From positions 235,538,001 to 235,602,000 of the forward strand of contig OZ024740.1 in assembly GCA_964016885.1 (NCBI GenBank): a stretch of 64,000 bases of DNA, read 5' to 3'. The notes under the pieces are model-generated. The model made no database searches. It was not told the DNA's origin and worked only from the letters and a program-made list of their open reading frames with translations. Every line of letters begins with the position of its first letter. Within the stretch, counting starts at the first letter, position 1. Below, one piece after another: positions 1-13,169 of the stretch. Origin of the DNA: Eledone cirrhosa (taxonomy: Eukaryota). The translations under genes and the position numbers were made by a program.

Positions 1-160
1 TGTATGTGCATATATATATATATGTATGTATGTATGTGTGTGTGTGTGTGTATATATATATGTGTATGTGTGTATATCTATGTGTGTGCGTGTGTGTATA
101 TATATATATGTGTGTGTGTATATATGTGTGTGTGTATTTATATGTGTGTGTGTGTGTATG
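1..160. repeat. (TG)n/(TA)n compound microsatellite
   Basis: Alternating TG/TA dinucleotides; source of the spurious C/V/Y/I ORFs. Confidence 0.95.
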
Positions 161-2935
161 GTTCCGCACACGTTCCCACAGTCATCTAAATGCACTACTT
201 GACTTTGCCAGTCTTTTGTTGATTTCCTTGTCGATCTTGGCATCTGATGTAATGGTGCACCCCAACTAGGTGAACTGGTGGATTGTTTTCAGTTCAGTCT
301 TGCGAATGGTGATATGGATGGGTGGGTGGTCTTCCTGAGGTTCAGGCTGGTGGAGTACCTCTGTTTTCTTTAAGTTGACTTCCAGCCCCAAAAGCTGGGC
401 AACCTCTTTAAATTAGGAAGTGATGCACTTCAATGCTTTTTGTTTGGGTAATAAAAGCAATATCGTCAGATCAGTTCTCCCATGGTTTTTGTGTGGACCT
501 GTAGCGATGAAGATTAAATGGGCTGCAATCAAGAAGTTATGTGTTGTAGACTCTGTCCTCATCATCAAGATTTTCTGTTGCCTGCTTGAACATCATGCTG
601 AAGAAGATGGTGAAGAGAGTCGATGCTATGACGCAACCCTGCTTCACTCCGTTGATGATCGGGAAGGGCTCTAAGAGGTCACTACTGAGTCTGACATGGC
701 CATGCTGGTCTTCGTGTAGCTGGATGACCATGTTCAGGAACTTTAGGGGACAACCAAGTCATTCCATGATCTGCCACATTCCTTTTCTGCTCACTGTATC
801 GAATACTCTAGTCAAGTCAATGAACGCCACATATAGCCATTTATTTTGCTCCTGGCACTTCTCTTGGAGTTGCATAAGAACAAACACCATGTCTGTGGTA
901 CACCTGTTGATTCTGAATCCACACTGGTTCTCTGGGAGGTGTTCTTCTGGGATGATAGGTACCAGCCTGTTTAGCAGCATCCTTGTGAGGATTTTTCCTG
1001 TGATAGAGAGCAGAGTAATCCCCCAGTAATTTGAGAGTCTGACTTTTCCCCTTTGTCCTTGTACAGGCTGATGATGACTGCATCATGGAGATCTTGTGGG
1101 AGATTGCCCTGCTCCCAGCAACATACAAAGAGCTTGTGGAGTTTTGTGTGCTATTTGCATTACACAAAGGACTCTGGACCTGATATGTAGGACCATACAC
1201 TGCTTTTAATGTTTCATAGAAGCTGCTGATGTCTCCGGTGTCTGCACACCACTGAGTTCTCTCAATAAGGCTGGTCCAACAGTTGTTCTGGATCTCTTGA
1301 AGCTTACACTGGAGGTTACTACATACGAGGCAGAATGCAGCTTTCTTCACAGGACAAGATGGTTGAGCTAAGTGAGCCTGGTGGGTGGATCTCTTCTTCA
1401 CCAGCAATTCTTGAATTTCCTTGTTGTTTTCATCAAACCAGTCTTTGTTCTTCTTTGAGGTGAACACAAGGACTTCGACAGATGCCTGTAGAATGGCATT
1501 TTTCAGATGTTCCCAAAGTATTTCTGGAGAGGGATCTGTGGGAATGCTCGCATCTTCAAGACCCAATTGAAGGACTGCCTGGAAGTCAGCTTTCACTTCA
1601 GCTGACTGGAAACTGCCAACCTTGAACTTTTTCCTGGGGGGCCCCTCCATTCTTTGATTTGAGTTTAAAGTGGAGCTTGAGTTTGCAGTGTACGAGGTGA
1701 TGGTTGGTGTGACATTCCACACTTAGCTTCACTGTAGTATGCAAGATGTCTTTCAGGTCACACCAGCACACTAGAATATAATCAATGAAGAGCCGGTATT
1801 TGGATCGAGGATGCATCCAGGTTGTTTTCAAACTGTTCTTCTGCAGGAAGATGGTGTTTGTGATGACGAGTTAATCTTCTGCGTAGAACTTCAACAACAA
1901 GCATCCATTCTCATTGCAGTTACCAATGCCATGTCTCCCAAGCACTCCCTTCCAAGTTACAGAATTTTGGCCCACTCTGGTGTTGAAATCACTAAGGATT
2001 ATGACCTTGTCATCCACAGGGGTGGCCTATAAGAAACTGTGCAGATCAGACTAAAACTTGTTCTTTTACACAGGATCTGCTTGAAGAGTACACTCTGAAA
2101 AGTATGGCATATTATTCATTACTCAGTGGGAAGTTCATAGAGATGATGCAGTCAGAATGATCTGTTGGCAGGTTTTCAAGCTTGGAAGTGATAGTTCCTG
2201 ACCATGAAGCTCACTCCTGAAAGGCATCTCTGAAGCTGGTTTGCCTGACCAGTAGAAGGTATATCTGGTGCTATGTTCTTGGTGACTACCTTCTTTGGAG
2301 CAGCAATTCTGTCTTGACAGCTCATGTGCAATTAGAGCAGATCGACGTACTGGACAACTGCTGTTGACTGTGTCTAGCATGGTCCTGATGTCCCAGCATG
2401 CAATTTTCAATCCTTTGCAGGTGGGTGCATACCTTTTCTTCCTTCATGTTTTTCAACCACATGAGAAGATGCCTGTTGACTGTGGTTTGCCAACTGGGGA
2501 CATAGGAGATGAGCTTTATTTAGGCCACCTTTTCTAAACCCTTCTCCAAGTAGTGCTGTCCCTAGAGAAGATTATTCAGGGTATGCTGAATGATGTTGTT
2601 ACTGGGTCAACATCAGATGACCAAACACCTGAACTGCCTGTATGCAGGATTGAAACTATGGCTTCCAGTATCATCTTATACCTGCTGTTTTCATCCCTTT
2701 CCCATCGTTACAGGGCTTGGAGTGGTTGGTGGTTGTAGACATATCCTTTGAGCTTGTGTAGTTGATATTTTAGGTGGAGTGCAGTGTGTGTGCTGAACTG
2801 ACCCCACCCTTTACATCCGGGGTTCTCTGTTCTGGCCTAGCAAGCTGGGACAATGACAACAAGGTTCTCGAGTTGTAGGTTTTACATCAGTGTCCTTCTC
2901 CTAACCTCTGCCTCAGAAACCTTCCTCAAAGGTAT
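160..2935 (-). mobile_element. Degraded RTE-clade (BovB-like) LINE with APE and RT remnants
   Basis: Minus-strand ORF pieces: MKIACWDIRTMLD..RRSALIAHELSR (APE N-terminus), KTTWMHPRSK..IDYILV (APE C-terminus), KKNKDWFDENN, LPENQCGFR..TTDMVF..LQEKCQEQNK.LYVAFIDLTRVFDTVSR and NGVKQGCVIA (RT). Many frameshifts. RTE-type 5' UTR motif GGAGAAGGACACTGATGTAAAACC near 2880-2900 on the minus strand. Confidence 0.9.
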
Positions 2936-3019
2936 TGAGGCAGTTACAAAACATGACAGTAGAGTCATGGTCTTGGCACAATGAATCTTGCCACTATGAC
3001 TAATTAATCCATATGTGAG

Positions 3020-3160
3020 ACCTTGACAGTTACTACTGCCCCGGGCCAGAGCAGACATGGGAATAATGATGAGTAAGGGGTAACGCCATACTCCCCAGAA
3101 CCTCAGAACTCTTGAACTGGAGCCTCACCACAGGATGCGGTTTAGTGTCATGCCTAGGAC
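3020..3160 (-). mobile_element. SINE core fragment (Nin/Deu-like core, tentative)
   Basis: Minus strand reads TGTCCTAGGCATGACACTAAACCGCATCC..GGTGAGGCTCCAGTTC..TGGGGAG.., resembling conserved invertebrate SINE cores from memory; not aligned. Confidence 0.45.
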
Positions 3161-4074
3161 AACAACAGCAGTTATAACTACCCATATCTAAAAAGAATTG
3201 TATTTCTATATCTGTGAGTATGTATTAACATGGCATATTTATGTAGCGTGTATGTAAAATGAATATTTATGTGTGTATGCAAGTACATGTAAGTCTCTAT
3301 GTATATATAACTGCATGAGTCTATGCATACGATATACATCCATGTGTACCTGAGTCTAAATATAAGCATGCATAAGCTAAACATGAGTCTATGCTTATGT
3401 GTATAAAAATTTACACACATAAGTGTATAATGGTATATGTGTGTTTGAGCCTATGTATATATGTTTGTAAGATAGACATGTAAGAGTGTATATGTGTAAT
3501 TAGAGTAATCTCCAGAATCCAAGAAAAGTGGTAATGGTCCATGTCAGAAGCAATTAGTCAATAGTAGAATTTACAGTTAAGAGTGTAAAATCAAATTCTT
3601 CAGGCTTTGCCCTTTGAGAATGAGGGTGGGGTATAAAAGATGGTGGTGGTGTTTTTTCAACTCCTTTTCCTACTTTAAGATGAAATTCAAGGTTTGAAAC
3701 ACTAACTTTTATATTTTTCGCCATAAATCAACTCTCATAGCTGTGTTTGTGTGTAAGGTTTGTATTTTTTTATCTCTTAGCCAGGAGAAAGGGGCTCCAA
3801 GACTTGTAAGAGGGCTGGAGGAGAGTATTCTCAAAATGGAGATTTGGCCTGAATGTTTGCTATAAAGTGGTCTTTACTAAAGACTCTCAGGAGAAAAGTG
3901 GTGGTGTTAGACTGGGGGACAGATTAAGTCTACACACCAAAGTAGGCTATGACAGGATTTGAATTAAGAATGCAAAGAGCTGAAACAAAACCACAAAGCA
4001 TCACAGCCAACATTCTAATAATGCCATTAGTCTATTATCCTGGGCAGGTATTTTATTTATCAACCGTGATAGGA

Positions 4075-4415
4075 TCATCATCATCATCATCATTTCATTT
4101 TATGTCCACTTTTCCCTGCTTGCAAGGGAGGGACGGGAACTGATTCTGGCTTGATTTCTACAGCTGGATGCCCTTCCCAACACCAACCTCATTTACAGTG
4201 AATGCTGGGTGCTTTTTTGCCGTGACCACGACCACTTTGCAGTGGAATGATAGGGACCCCAGTCCCTATCATCTCATTTCTACAGCTGAGTAAACTGGAG
4301 CAATGTGAAATAAAGTGTCTTGCTCAAGGAAACAACACATCACTCGGTCTGAGAATTGAACTCACAACCTTTCGATTGCAAGGCCAATGCTCTAACCACT
4401 AAGCCATGTGCCTCA
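4075..4415 (-). mobile_element. tRNA-derived CORE-type SINE (family A) with RTE-like 3' tail and (ATG)n end
   Basis: A-box TGGCTTAGTGG, B-box GAGTTCAATTC, CORE-like TCCTTGAGCAAGACACTTTATTTCAC, tail TGGGAAGGGCATCCAGCTGTAGAAA. Near-identical to the copies at 17637, 41470 and 58788. Confidence 0.9.
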
Positions 4416-4961
4416 TAGGCAAAATTACACTTAGTGGGATTTGAACTCACACAGATCACAAGAACCTGGAATAACTATGGAAAAACATTTTGTCCAGAGC
4501 TCTAATGCTTCTGCTAATTCAAAGTTTATGCATATGTGTATGAATCTATATATACGTGTACATACATGTGTATGTGCATAATTTACTTGTAAGAATGTGT
4601 GTGTCTGTGTGTGTAAGAGGGTGTATGATTGAATATAAATGTGTGTATACATGTATGTGTATGATACACATGTACAATTGTGTATAAGCCTATACATGTG
4701 TGTATACATGTCAGTAATATATGCACTTTAAGAGTGTATATGAGTTTGTATATATCTGTGATGTAATATGCATGCAAAAGTGTGTATGAATCTGTGCAGA
4801 TGTATGCATATGCATGTATATAATACAAATGTAAGATAGTATATGAGTCTATGCATATGTGTGTAAACATGTGAGTATATGGCATACATGTAAGAGTCTG
4901 TATGAGTGTATGTATATGTCAATGTGATTTACATGTTAGAGCCTGTATGAGTATGTGTATA

Positions 4962-5013
<52 letters not shown>

Positions 5014-5472
5014 AAGAAATACATGTAAGAATAAATGAATAACACAAGAAATGAATGTTTTTCTCCTCTTGTTAAGGAAAATTGTGCCTGCAGCTGCTTG
5101 GGCAATTATTTCAGTGTGTGTCAGCCATCATCAATGTAAATAGACATCATTGTCTGGAATCTGCATCAGAAGAGACATTCTTTATAGACATCACTCTACA
5201 TCATCTCATTTTAGTCTTTCCTCTATTAATTTTAATAACAACAACAACCAAGCAAGCAGTATCAGTAACAATAACAACAGTCGCAATTGTAGTAAATTAA
5301 CTCTTCGGCCCCAGTTGCAGATATCTAACATACTTCTCAGTTCCCTTTTAAAGAATAACCATGCCTCAAGCATTACAACTCTTCTCCTAATGGCCCATAA
5401 ACTTATTCATTTTTGAGGATTTTAACATTATAATTGAATAGATTATTAACCTCATCCTTAGAGTATATTATA

Positions 5473-5693
5473 TTCAGGGTGGGCCATAATTGGATTACTG
5501 ACCATAGAGAAACATAATAATGTGCTTCCATTAATGCAAACAGGCAGCATTTTGAACATTTAATGTAGCCATATAAAAAAAAAAAACTTTCATTAATTCC
5601 CTGTACATTGCTCTTAGAATAAAGTTTTGTAGAAACATGGCTTCTTTTTTATTCACATTTCTTAACAGTAAGCAAATTATGGCCCATCCTGTA
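5473..5693 (+). mobile_element. Tc1/mariner non-autonomous deletion derivative (MITE)
   Basis: TIRs CAGGGTGGGCCATAATT (5475-5491) and AATTATGGCCCATCCTG (ends 5691), TA context. The interior encodes INANRQHFEHLM*, a typical mariner/DD37D transposase C-terminus. Confidence 0.8.
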
Positions 5694-7179
5694 TATTTAG
5701 AATGTTTACTCTGAGTTCAAATCTTACCATGGTTAACTTTGCATTTTGTCCATTTGTAGTTGACTATATCTTCCCCCAAAAAATTTGAAGAATTGTGCCT
5801 AAGCTAGAAATCAATATTGATATCTACAGTATATTAGGATTAATTAAATTTCTAATTTCCATTAATTATCTTAATCCTGGATATGTCAATGGTTCCAGGT
5901 TAGAGTCAAACTAAGAACAAATAGTAAAATGACTTAATGATGATGATCATTGACTGAAGTGATCAGCTGTGGTACTATGGACATGTGGTTAGAATATCTA
6001 AAGAAAGAATCGGTGGACAGATTTTATAGGTAATGCCAGCCAGCAGGTGACCCAGTGGTAGGCTATGATAAAGATGGTTGGATAACACTCATAACCTCAG
6101 TTGGTCTCACTTGGAGATCATTTGAAGATGGTTGCTTCTGCTTGGACCCTCTAGAAAACATGTTTGATGACTATCCCTTCATAATCCCCACAGGAATAAG
6201 TGAGCAAAGAATAATGATATTGTAAATATGCAATCAAAATATGCAGTTATCATCATCATCATCATCGTTTTTATGTTCGTTTTTCCACGCTTGCATGGGT
6301 TGGACAAGTCCTTCTCAACACGCCATCTCTCCACTCATCACGTTCCTTCATCATCTCCGCTGCTTGTCTTGCAGAGTCAGCGTAACTGCTGTGTGCAGAA
6401 GGGCACCCATGAGTCATTACCTGGATGGGGCATTTTGTTCAGTGCCATATAAATCTTGCCATCTAACACTCTTAAAAAAAAATTATAATCTTAACAAAAA
6501 AAAAAAGCAACAACAACTCATTTAAGATATTTAGACATTTAGAGACTTTATTACACTGATTTCTGATGATGCTGACCACTACTAGTGGTATTCTAATGTT
6601 TTACATTGTAGTAACTAAACAATAATGAAAATAACAGTTCAACTGTTGGGTCATTTCTACCACCATAATCACTGTACACCACCAACCACTAATACATTGT
6701 GTGACATGAAAACTGTCGCTGTTAATTCTTTGATGTCTTGGTAACTATATACTATGATGTACTGTGTAAATGGCTGAAGAGATAAGGTAGATTTCAGGGA
6801 ATGCTATAGTGTTTAGTATGAAAGATCTTATCACTAAACATTATGGAGACATCCTGAATAAATACAGCATTCAGCTTTGAATTACTGATTATTCTTAGCT
6901 CAACATCAACATTCTGGTTGAAAGTCATGTACTCAGTTTTCTTTACATTTGTGTGCGGCTTGAACTCTTATGCTTGCTGAATCTCATTGATGTCAGTGCT
7001 ATACCATTATCAAATTCAAAGTAACTATACAAACAGTTGGATACATTTATCCAGAATCAAATCAATCTGCAGGAGAAATACTGTTCTGATGGTTTATGAT
7101 AACAGTTAAAGTTGCATTACTATTACTACTACTACTATTACTAATACAGAGGTTAAATATGCCTATGTAGATGTAAATT

Positions 7180-7510
7180 ACGATAGAAGTGAGATGTAGG
7201 CCTTGAGCACAGAGGATCTGCAAAGATTGGAAAGAAACAAGGCAAGCATGCTCTGATGGATGTGTAAGCATCAATGAATTGAGAAATGCTGAACATAAGA
7301 ATGATTAGATGCTTTATACAATAGAGAAGACTACAAGGGTTTGGACATATGATGCATGTAAAGGATGACAGCAGCATAAACTAGTGCAGAGCACTCATAG
7401 TTGATAGTAGCTGTGGAAGAGGACAGCCCGAGAAAACATTAGGATGTTGTGGTCAAATCTGAATTCATGAAGCTGAAACATATGAAGGAGATGACAGATT
7501 GATATGCCGT
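7180..7510 (+). mobile_element. RTE LINE 3' coding fragment
   Basis: Translates to LSTEDLQRLERNKASML.., similar to the C-terminus of the 18-22 kb element. Confidence 0.7.
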
Positions 7511-8089
7511 ACTATAGAAGACTTGCCTCCCCATTCCAATGGGATGAAATGCAACTAGACTTCCCTCCCATTCATATCCTTGATTCCTCTTTCCTTACCC
7601 AATCTTTGTCAAAATGGAAAGATCAAAGCACCTTCTGCAAAGCACTGCCAGATGTCATTTGCTCACTTCTTCAATTCAAAATTACCGCTATGGCCTATCA
7701 CATACAACTTTACCCACATTCCTGATTCTTCCCTGGTTAAACATTCCAGCATGGAAAGAAGGATACCCCACATCAATGTAGATTCAGATGTCACTCTGAT
7801 AACATCTTTCTTTCTCATCTTTTCACTTGGCAAAAAAACATATAGCTCTCACCCATACTTCCATCAATGCCTTCCTAGCCTTGTCAAAGACATTGGAACA
7901 TCACTCACTCACTCTCTTTAAAGCAATCTCCCTGTCACCCCTTCCTTTTGCAGGCCACCTCTCGTGCCCCTCCCTTGGCAAGCTATATGTATCTTGTCCC
8001 TGCCACCACCACGACCACCACATTCTCATCTTCCCCACATCTACCACTGGTTTACCAGCCTGGCCAAGGATGACACAATGAGCACTAAT

Positions 8090-8905
8090 ATTGATAAGTG
8101 GTAGTGCTGGTGCCACAGTAAAATGCAGCCAGTCCACAACTGTAAAGTGTTAGTGATAATGCCACAATAAAATGCAACCAGCTTGCATTGTGAAGTAGTA
8201 GTGATGGTGCCATGATAAAATATACCCACTACACTCAGTAGAGTGGTAGTGCTGGTGCTACAGTAAAATGCAGCCAGCTCGCACTGTAAAGTAGTAGTGA
8301 TGGTGCTACAATAACATGCAGCCAGCCTGCACTGTCAAGTGGTAGGGATGGTGCCATGATTAAATGCAGCCAGCTCGCATTGTAAAGTGGTGCCATGATA
8401 AAATGCAGCCAGCTCGCATTGTAAAGTGATAGGGATGGTGCCATGATAAAATGCAGCCAGCTCGCATTGTAAAGTGGTAGGGATGGTGCCATGATAAAAT
8501 GCAGCCAGCTCGCATTGTAAAGTGGTAGGGATGGTGCCATGATAAAATGCAGCCAGCTCGCATTGTAAAGTGGTAGGGATGGTGCCATGATAAAATGCAG
8601 CCAGCTCGCATTGTAAAGTGGTAGGGATGGTGCCATGATAAAATGCAGCCAGCTCGCATTGTAAAGTGGTAGGGATGGTGCCATGATAAAAAGCACAGTC
8701 TACTCTGTTAGGTGGTAGTGGCAGTGCCATGATAAAACACACCCGGTATATTCTGTGAAGTGGTTGGCATTAGGAAGGGTATCCACCTATAGAAATCATA
8801 CCAGAATGGAACGTATGTCATCTGATCTATCTAATCTCACAGCGTGACAACCCATCAAATCTGTGCAGGCATGGAAAATAGATGTTGAATGGTGATGATG
8901 ATGAT
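8090..8905 (+). repeat. 48-bp minisatellite amplified from the SINE/RTE 3' tail module, ending in a normal tail
   Basis: Unit GTGGTAGGGATGGTGCCATGATAAAATGCAGCCAGCTCGCATTGTAAA, about 13-14 copies, homogeneous at 8420-8690, then TTAGGAAGGGTATCC..CATGGAAAA..GATGATG. Confidence 0.9.
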
Positions 8906-10308
8906 TAAGATTTATTGATTTGAGGTCTTTACAATTGTCTGGCTTGCCATCTCAGTGAAAATCACTCTCTCAATCCCGCAACACCATCGGGCTGGAGCTA
9001 AGAACTGATTCTATCGTGTCACTCACTGCTCTTGGAGATATGTTTATATTTCTACATGATCAGTCTTAACTTATAGATATTGGTTAGAGTTATCTTCCCA
9101 TTTGTCTTTTCCAGCTAGAGGGTTAAGTAGTACAATGTGGTTGTTGTTGTTATTGCTGTTGCTGATACAGCAGACATCTGATTAAAGATGTTTCACTGAT
9201 GACAGTTGCATTTTTTAATAAGGCATAGTTTACCTAGGACTACATTATTTAATGTTTTATGTTTTGTTAAAATAAGGGGTGATTTGAGGGAGATCTGGCT
9301 GCTATTTTTACCAGGTTGAATGAATACACAGAGGCTCCAATGCTGGCTTGAGTGTCGGCATTCAAGCTTTCTGAATAGTTTTGCAATGAGGTTCCTATTT
9401 GGAGGTGCTGTGATAGGTTCTTTGTTTTTATAGCTGATAAACATTTGTCGCAGCTACCACACTTACCAAACTTACTATTCCAGCTACTAATTAATTAATT
9501 GATTAACTTATATGGATGCTTTTTGTCTGGGAATTCTCAGAAAAGACCGACAATATTGTTGTTTGCTGATCACTACATGAAGTGTGAGAAAGAAATAAGA
9601 CCTTTTTTACAGAGGCTGGTTTTCTCTTTCAGTTTCAAATTTCTAACTAATGTTTCTAATGCGTTGTTAGGGGTGTAGGGTAGATTTAAGAGTATAGAAG
9701 AGGTTGGGGGTAAATGTGAGAAGCTTGAAGGGGGGAGGTTTGCTAGAATGAGCTCAAGAAATATAGGATTATCCATTCTTCTAGACTTATCTAAATATAA
9801 GAATTGTAGAGAAGAGAAATTTGTTTTCTTATAATGCCATAAACTCTAATAATGAGTGAATGAGTGTGCATGTGTTTGTGTGTACATACACACACACATA
9901 TAAACATATATGCACACTATGATAGTTTATGTGTGTGTATATGTGTGCTTGTGTGGTTGGTGTTAGGAAGGGCATCCAGCTGTAGAAAACCTGCCAGATA
10001 CAGTCCTATATGAGCGAGACATGGTCACCCGATCAATCTTGCTTCATGTGGGACAATTCCTGTCTAACCCATGCTAGCGTGGAAGATAGACGTTAAACGA
10101 TGATGATGATATATATATATATATTTGAAAAGGGAGTAAGGTTCTATACAAAACGGGTTATAAACCAGGTCTTCGCAACAAGAAAGATGAACAGACCTTT
10201 TCAACACCCAATTTAAAATTTTTGAATTTTTAATTCTTTTTAATAGTAGTATTCAATATTTGATATGGTTTACACTGATACATCGAAACTGGTTATATTT
10301 TATATCAT

Positions 10309-11225
10309 TATCTATAAAAGGCAGATTGTTGTTGTGTGTGTGTGTGCGTGCGTGCATGTTCCATGTTTATACATTTGCACAATTTCAAACCGATTCGACT
10401 CAAAGTCTGTATGAATGTTGTAAATGGTCTAACTTAGGACAACGACTATTTATGTTTTTCAACTCACCCACAATTACGGAAATAATCGATAAAACTAAAT
10501 ACATGACGCTTTACCCCTCTAATACAATCTCTCTACTTCCCTTAAAATTCAATAAAACTACATACATGCTGCAACTTTCTCTTATATACGCTTAAACCAC
10601 TCCTTAGGAACTCGGAATAAAGAAGAGAGAAAGAAATGAGGGAGAGAGAGAAGAGAGGGAAGAGAGAGAGAGAGAGAGAACGTTTGTTTTTGAGTGTGGA
10701 ACGGTCAAGCATTTATTTACTTCAATGACAACAATTATTCAAAAGCAACAGATATATTTATTCAACAACAAAAAAAATAGCGATAAATCTTTTTAAAAAC
10801 ATCTCTCAACGAACGTGGAAGAAAGAAGTATCAGTTTATTTACTATACACAATAATATCCTCTATGAGGTCACTAAATCTGCTAGAAACAGCAACTAACT
10901 CTCCCCCCCCCCCATATCACACCCCTCCCTACTGTCTTAAATTTAGAAAACACACATTGCAACTCTGTTGTTCGGCTAGCATCGTTTACGCACGTGTTGC
11001 GCAAGTACTGTGAAACAATAAATTTCAACACTTCTTTGCACAGAGATAATATCCATAGGCGAAACTACAATTGTCACTGCTGGTGCTGCTCCTGCTTCGG
11101 CAGTCCAGGTCTGCAATTCATTTACTCAGTGCCTGGTAGACAAAAAACTGCTGCCATAAAATGGGTGGTGCAACCTAACTTTGGTAACTTACTGACCCCA
11201 ACCAACACCGGGCTTTAATGCTAGT
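10309..11225 (+). mobile_element. Non-autonomous Helitron/Helentron-like (DINE/HINE-type) element
   Basis: 5' TATCTATAAAAGG, internal (GT)n/(GCGT)n microsatellite then AAACCGATT, 3' end ACCCC..CAACACCGGG..GCTAGT (degenerate hairpin plus CTAG). Confidence 0.55.
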
Positions 11226-11233
11226 AATGTATA

Positions 11234-12180
11234 AAAAGAACCTCCCTTCAGAGTTTCATCCCTTCACAGCTCCTCTTTTTCATATCTTTGCTTCTTAACA
11301 AGTTTACTCTTTTATAGTTTTTTTATGTTTGTTTGTTGTAAAACTATTAATGTTGATGCAGTAGGGCCAGTCCTGTATCATTTGTAGCTGTTCTCAGATG
11401 AAATTTCTGTAGACCGGATATTGTTAGAGAGGCTTTGGGAATAAAGGATTGAACAAAATGTTAGTGTAGAATTTGATTGGAGTAAAGCAGCAGGATGACA
11501 AGGGGAAGACAGTTGGGTGTAGAAAGGAACAAAAGCCATTTTAATAGTTGTTATTGTTTAGCTCAAGTTAGTCCTAATTGAGTACACCTATTGTCAAAGG
11601 AATACCAACCATGACTATTCCATGTTTTTTCCAGGTGTAGTGTACCTTGAACTACTCCCCTTGCATTCCTCTCTTGTACTGACCACAAACAATGCCTACC
11701 TCTTCTAACACCCAATAGCTATGCAAAACATTAATAAGTAACCTGTCATTGCTAGACTGTCAACCTTGCTATGTAGAATGGTGGCAGCTGATATACATCC
11801 TTATCTGTTTTTAGCCTGTCAAAGCTGGCAATGTTAGGCTGTCTATTGACTCACATGGAACAACAAACAAGAAAATATGTTGTCACTGAACTACCAACTT
11901 TAGTGATCTAAACTGACCTATGATAGATCTGAATGATTCTCATTTGGTAGCAATATTTAACATTTTCACCACTTTGATCCCAAGGCATCTAGAGATTTTG
12001 ATGTTGTTCTTTATGTCTAAGAAACTTAAAGTTATGCAAGAGTAAGTCATTGTTAATCCACATACATACCTAATTCAAGGCTTTAGTCAAAGTTTAAAGT
12101 ACTAATAGTTTCATAGGCGAATCTGTTGTAGTTACACATGAATATCTAATTAAGAAGCCATGTTTCTGGGATTGGTCTAC
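11234..12180 (+). repeat. Copy 1 of a ~945-bp direct duplication
   Basis: Matches 14078-15024 with about 9 differences counted by eye. Confidence 0.95.
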
Positions 12181-12298
12181 ATTATAAAACTCCTTGTTTT
12201 TCAATAATGTCACTTTGACGACTCAAAGAAGAAAAAAAGAACAGATCCTTAAATATATTTTCCGTGCTATTTCCAATTCCACTTTTTTCTTTCTCTCT

Positions 12299-12375
<77 letters not shown>

Positions 12376-12753
12376 GGACTGAGCGGAACTTGATTTTCCA
12401 CCTTGGGTCCAGTTTCCCAAATGGACTTAATTTTTCTTCACATTTTCTTTAATCTAGTTTTACGTTTGAACACATATCCTCACAGCTTCATACAGACAAA
12501 CAAAAAAAACACACACACACACATATCCACTCTAAATACAAAGGGATTTTGTCCCTTTCAGCACGTTATATGATGCTTTTGATAACAGCCTTTCAAAATA
12601 CAGCCAACTTAACTTCTTACACCATAAATGCTCCTATCAACAGTTTTCCAAGAGATGGTGAAATGAATAGACCTGCCTTTTTTTTCCGAAGAAAATCTTT
12701 TTATTTCTGCGCTTGCTTCCTCTCCTCTGTCTTTCTATTTCTTTTTTAATTTC

Positions 12754-12794
12754 TCATATTTTCTAATGAAGGACTAGCATCCGAAACATTATGA
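12754..12794 (+). ncRNA. Degenerate minimal hammerhead-like motif (Penelope pLTR remnant)
   Basis: TCATA-tttt-CTAATGA-aGGA ctagca TCC-GAAAC-at-TATGA. Core CUGAUGA is mutated to CUAAUGA. Confidence 0.4.
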
Positions 12795-12884
12795 CTTTTC
12801 CTACTATTCTAAGTGAGAAACTAATCTATATCTTCATTGTACTTCATCATCTGTTGTGTTTTTTACTATTTACTTTTCACATTT

Positions 12885-12916
<32 letters not shown>

Positions 12917-13077
12917 ATATATATGTGTGTGTAAACCCATATTTACATATTTGTTTATATGAATATGTATGGTTGCATATATTTATAAATCTAATCATGT
13001 GTATGTATGTATCTATAAATATAAATATACAATCTTTACAGACATATTTTATACAATGTATGCTTATGCTTATCTAT

Positions 13078-13169
<92 letters not shown>

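Noticed and set aside
5150-5416. Asn/Ser-rich ORF as a host exon
   Set aside because: Low complexity, no domain, no convincing splice pair.
8235-8742. Repeat ORFs and a possible CRISPR-like array
   Set aside because: Contiguous 48-bp units with no unique spacers, derived from the SINE tail, and no cas genes.
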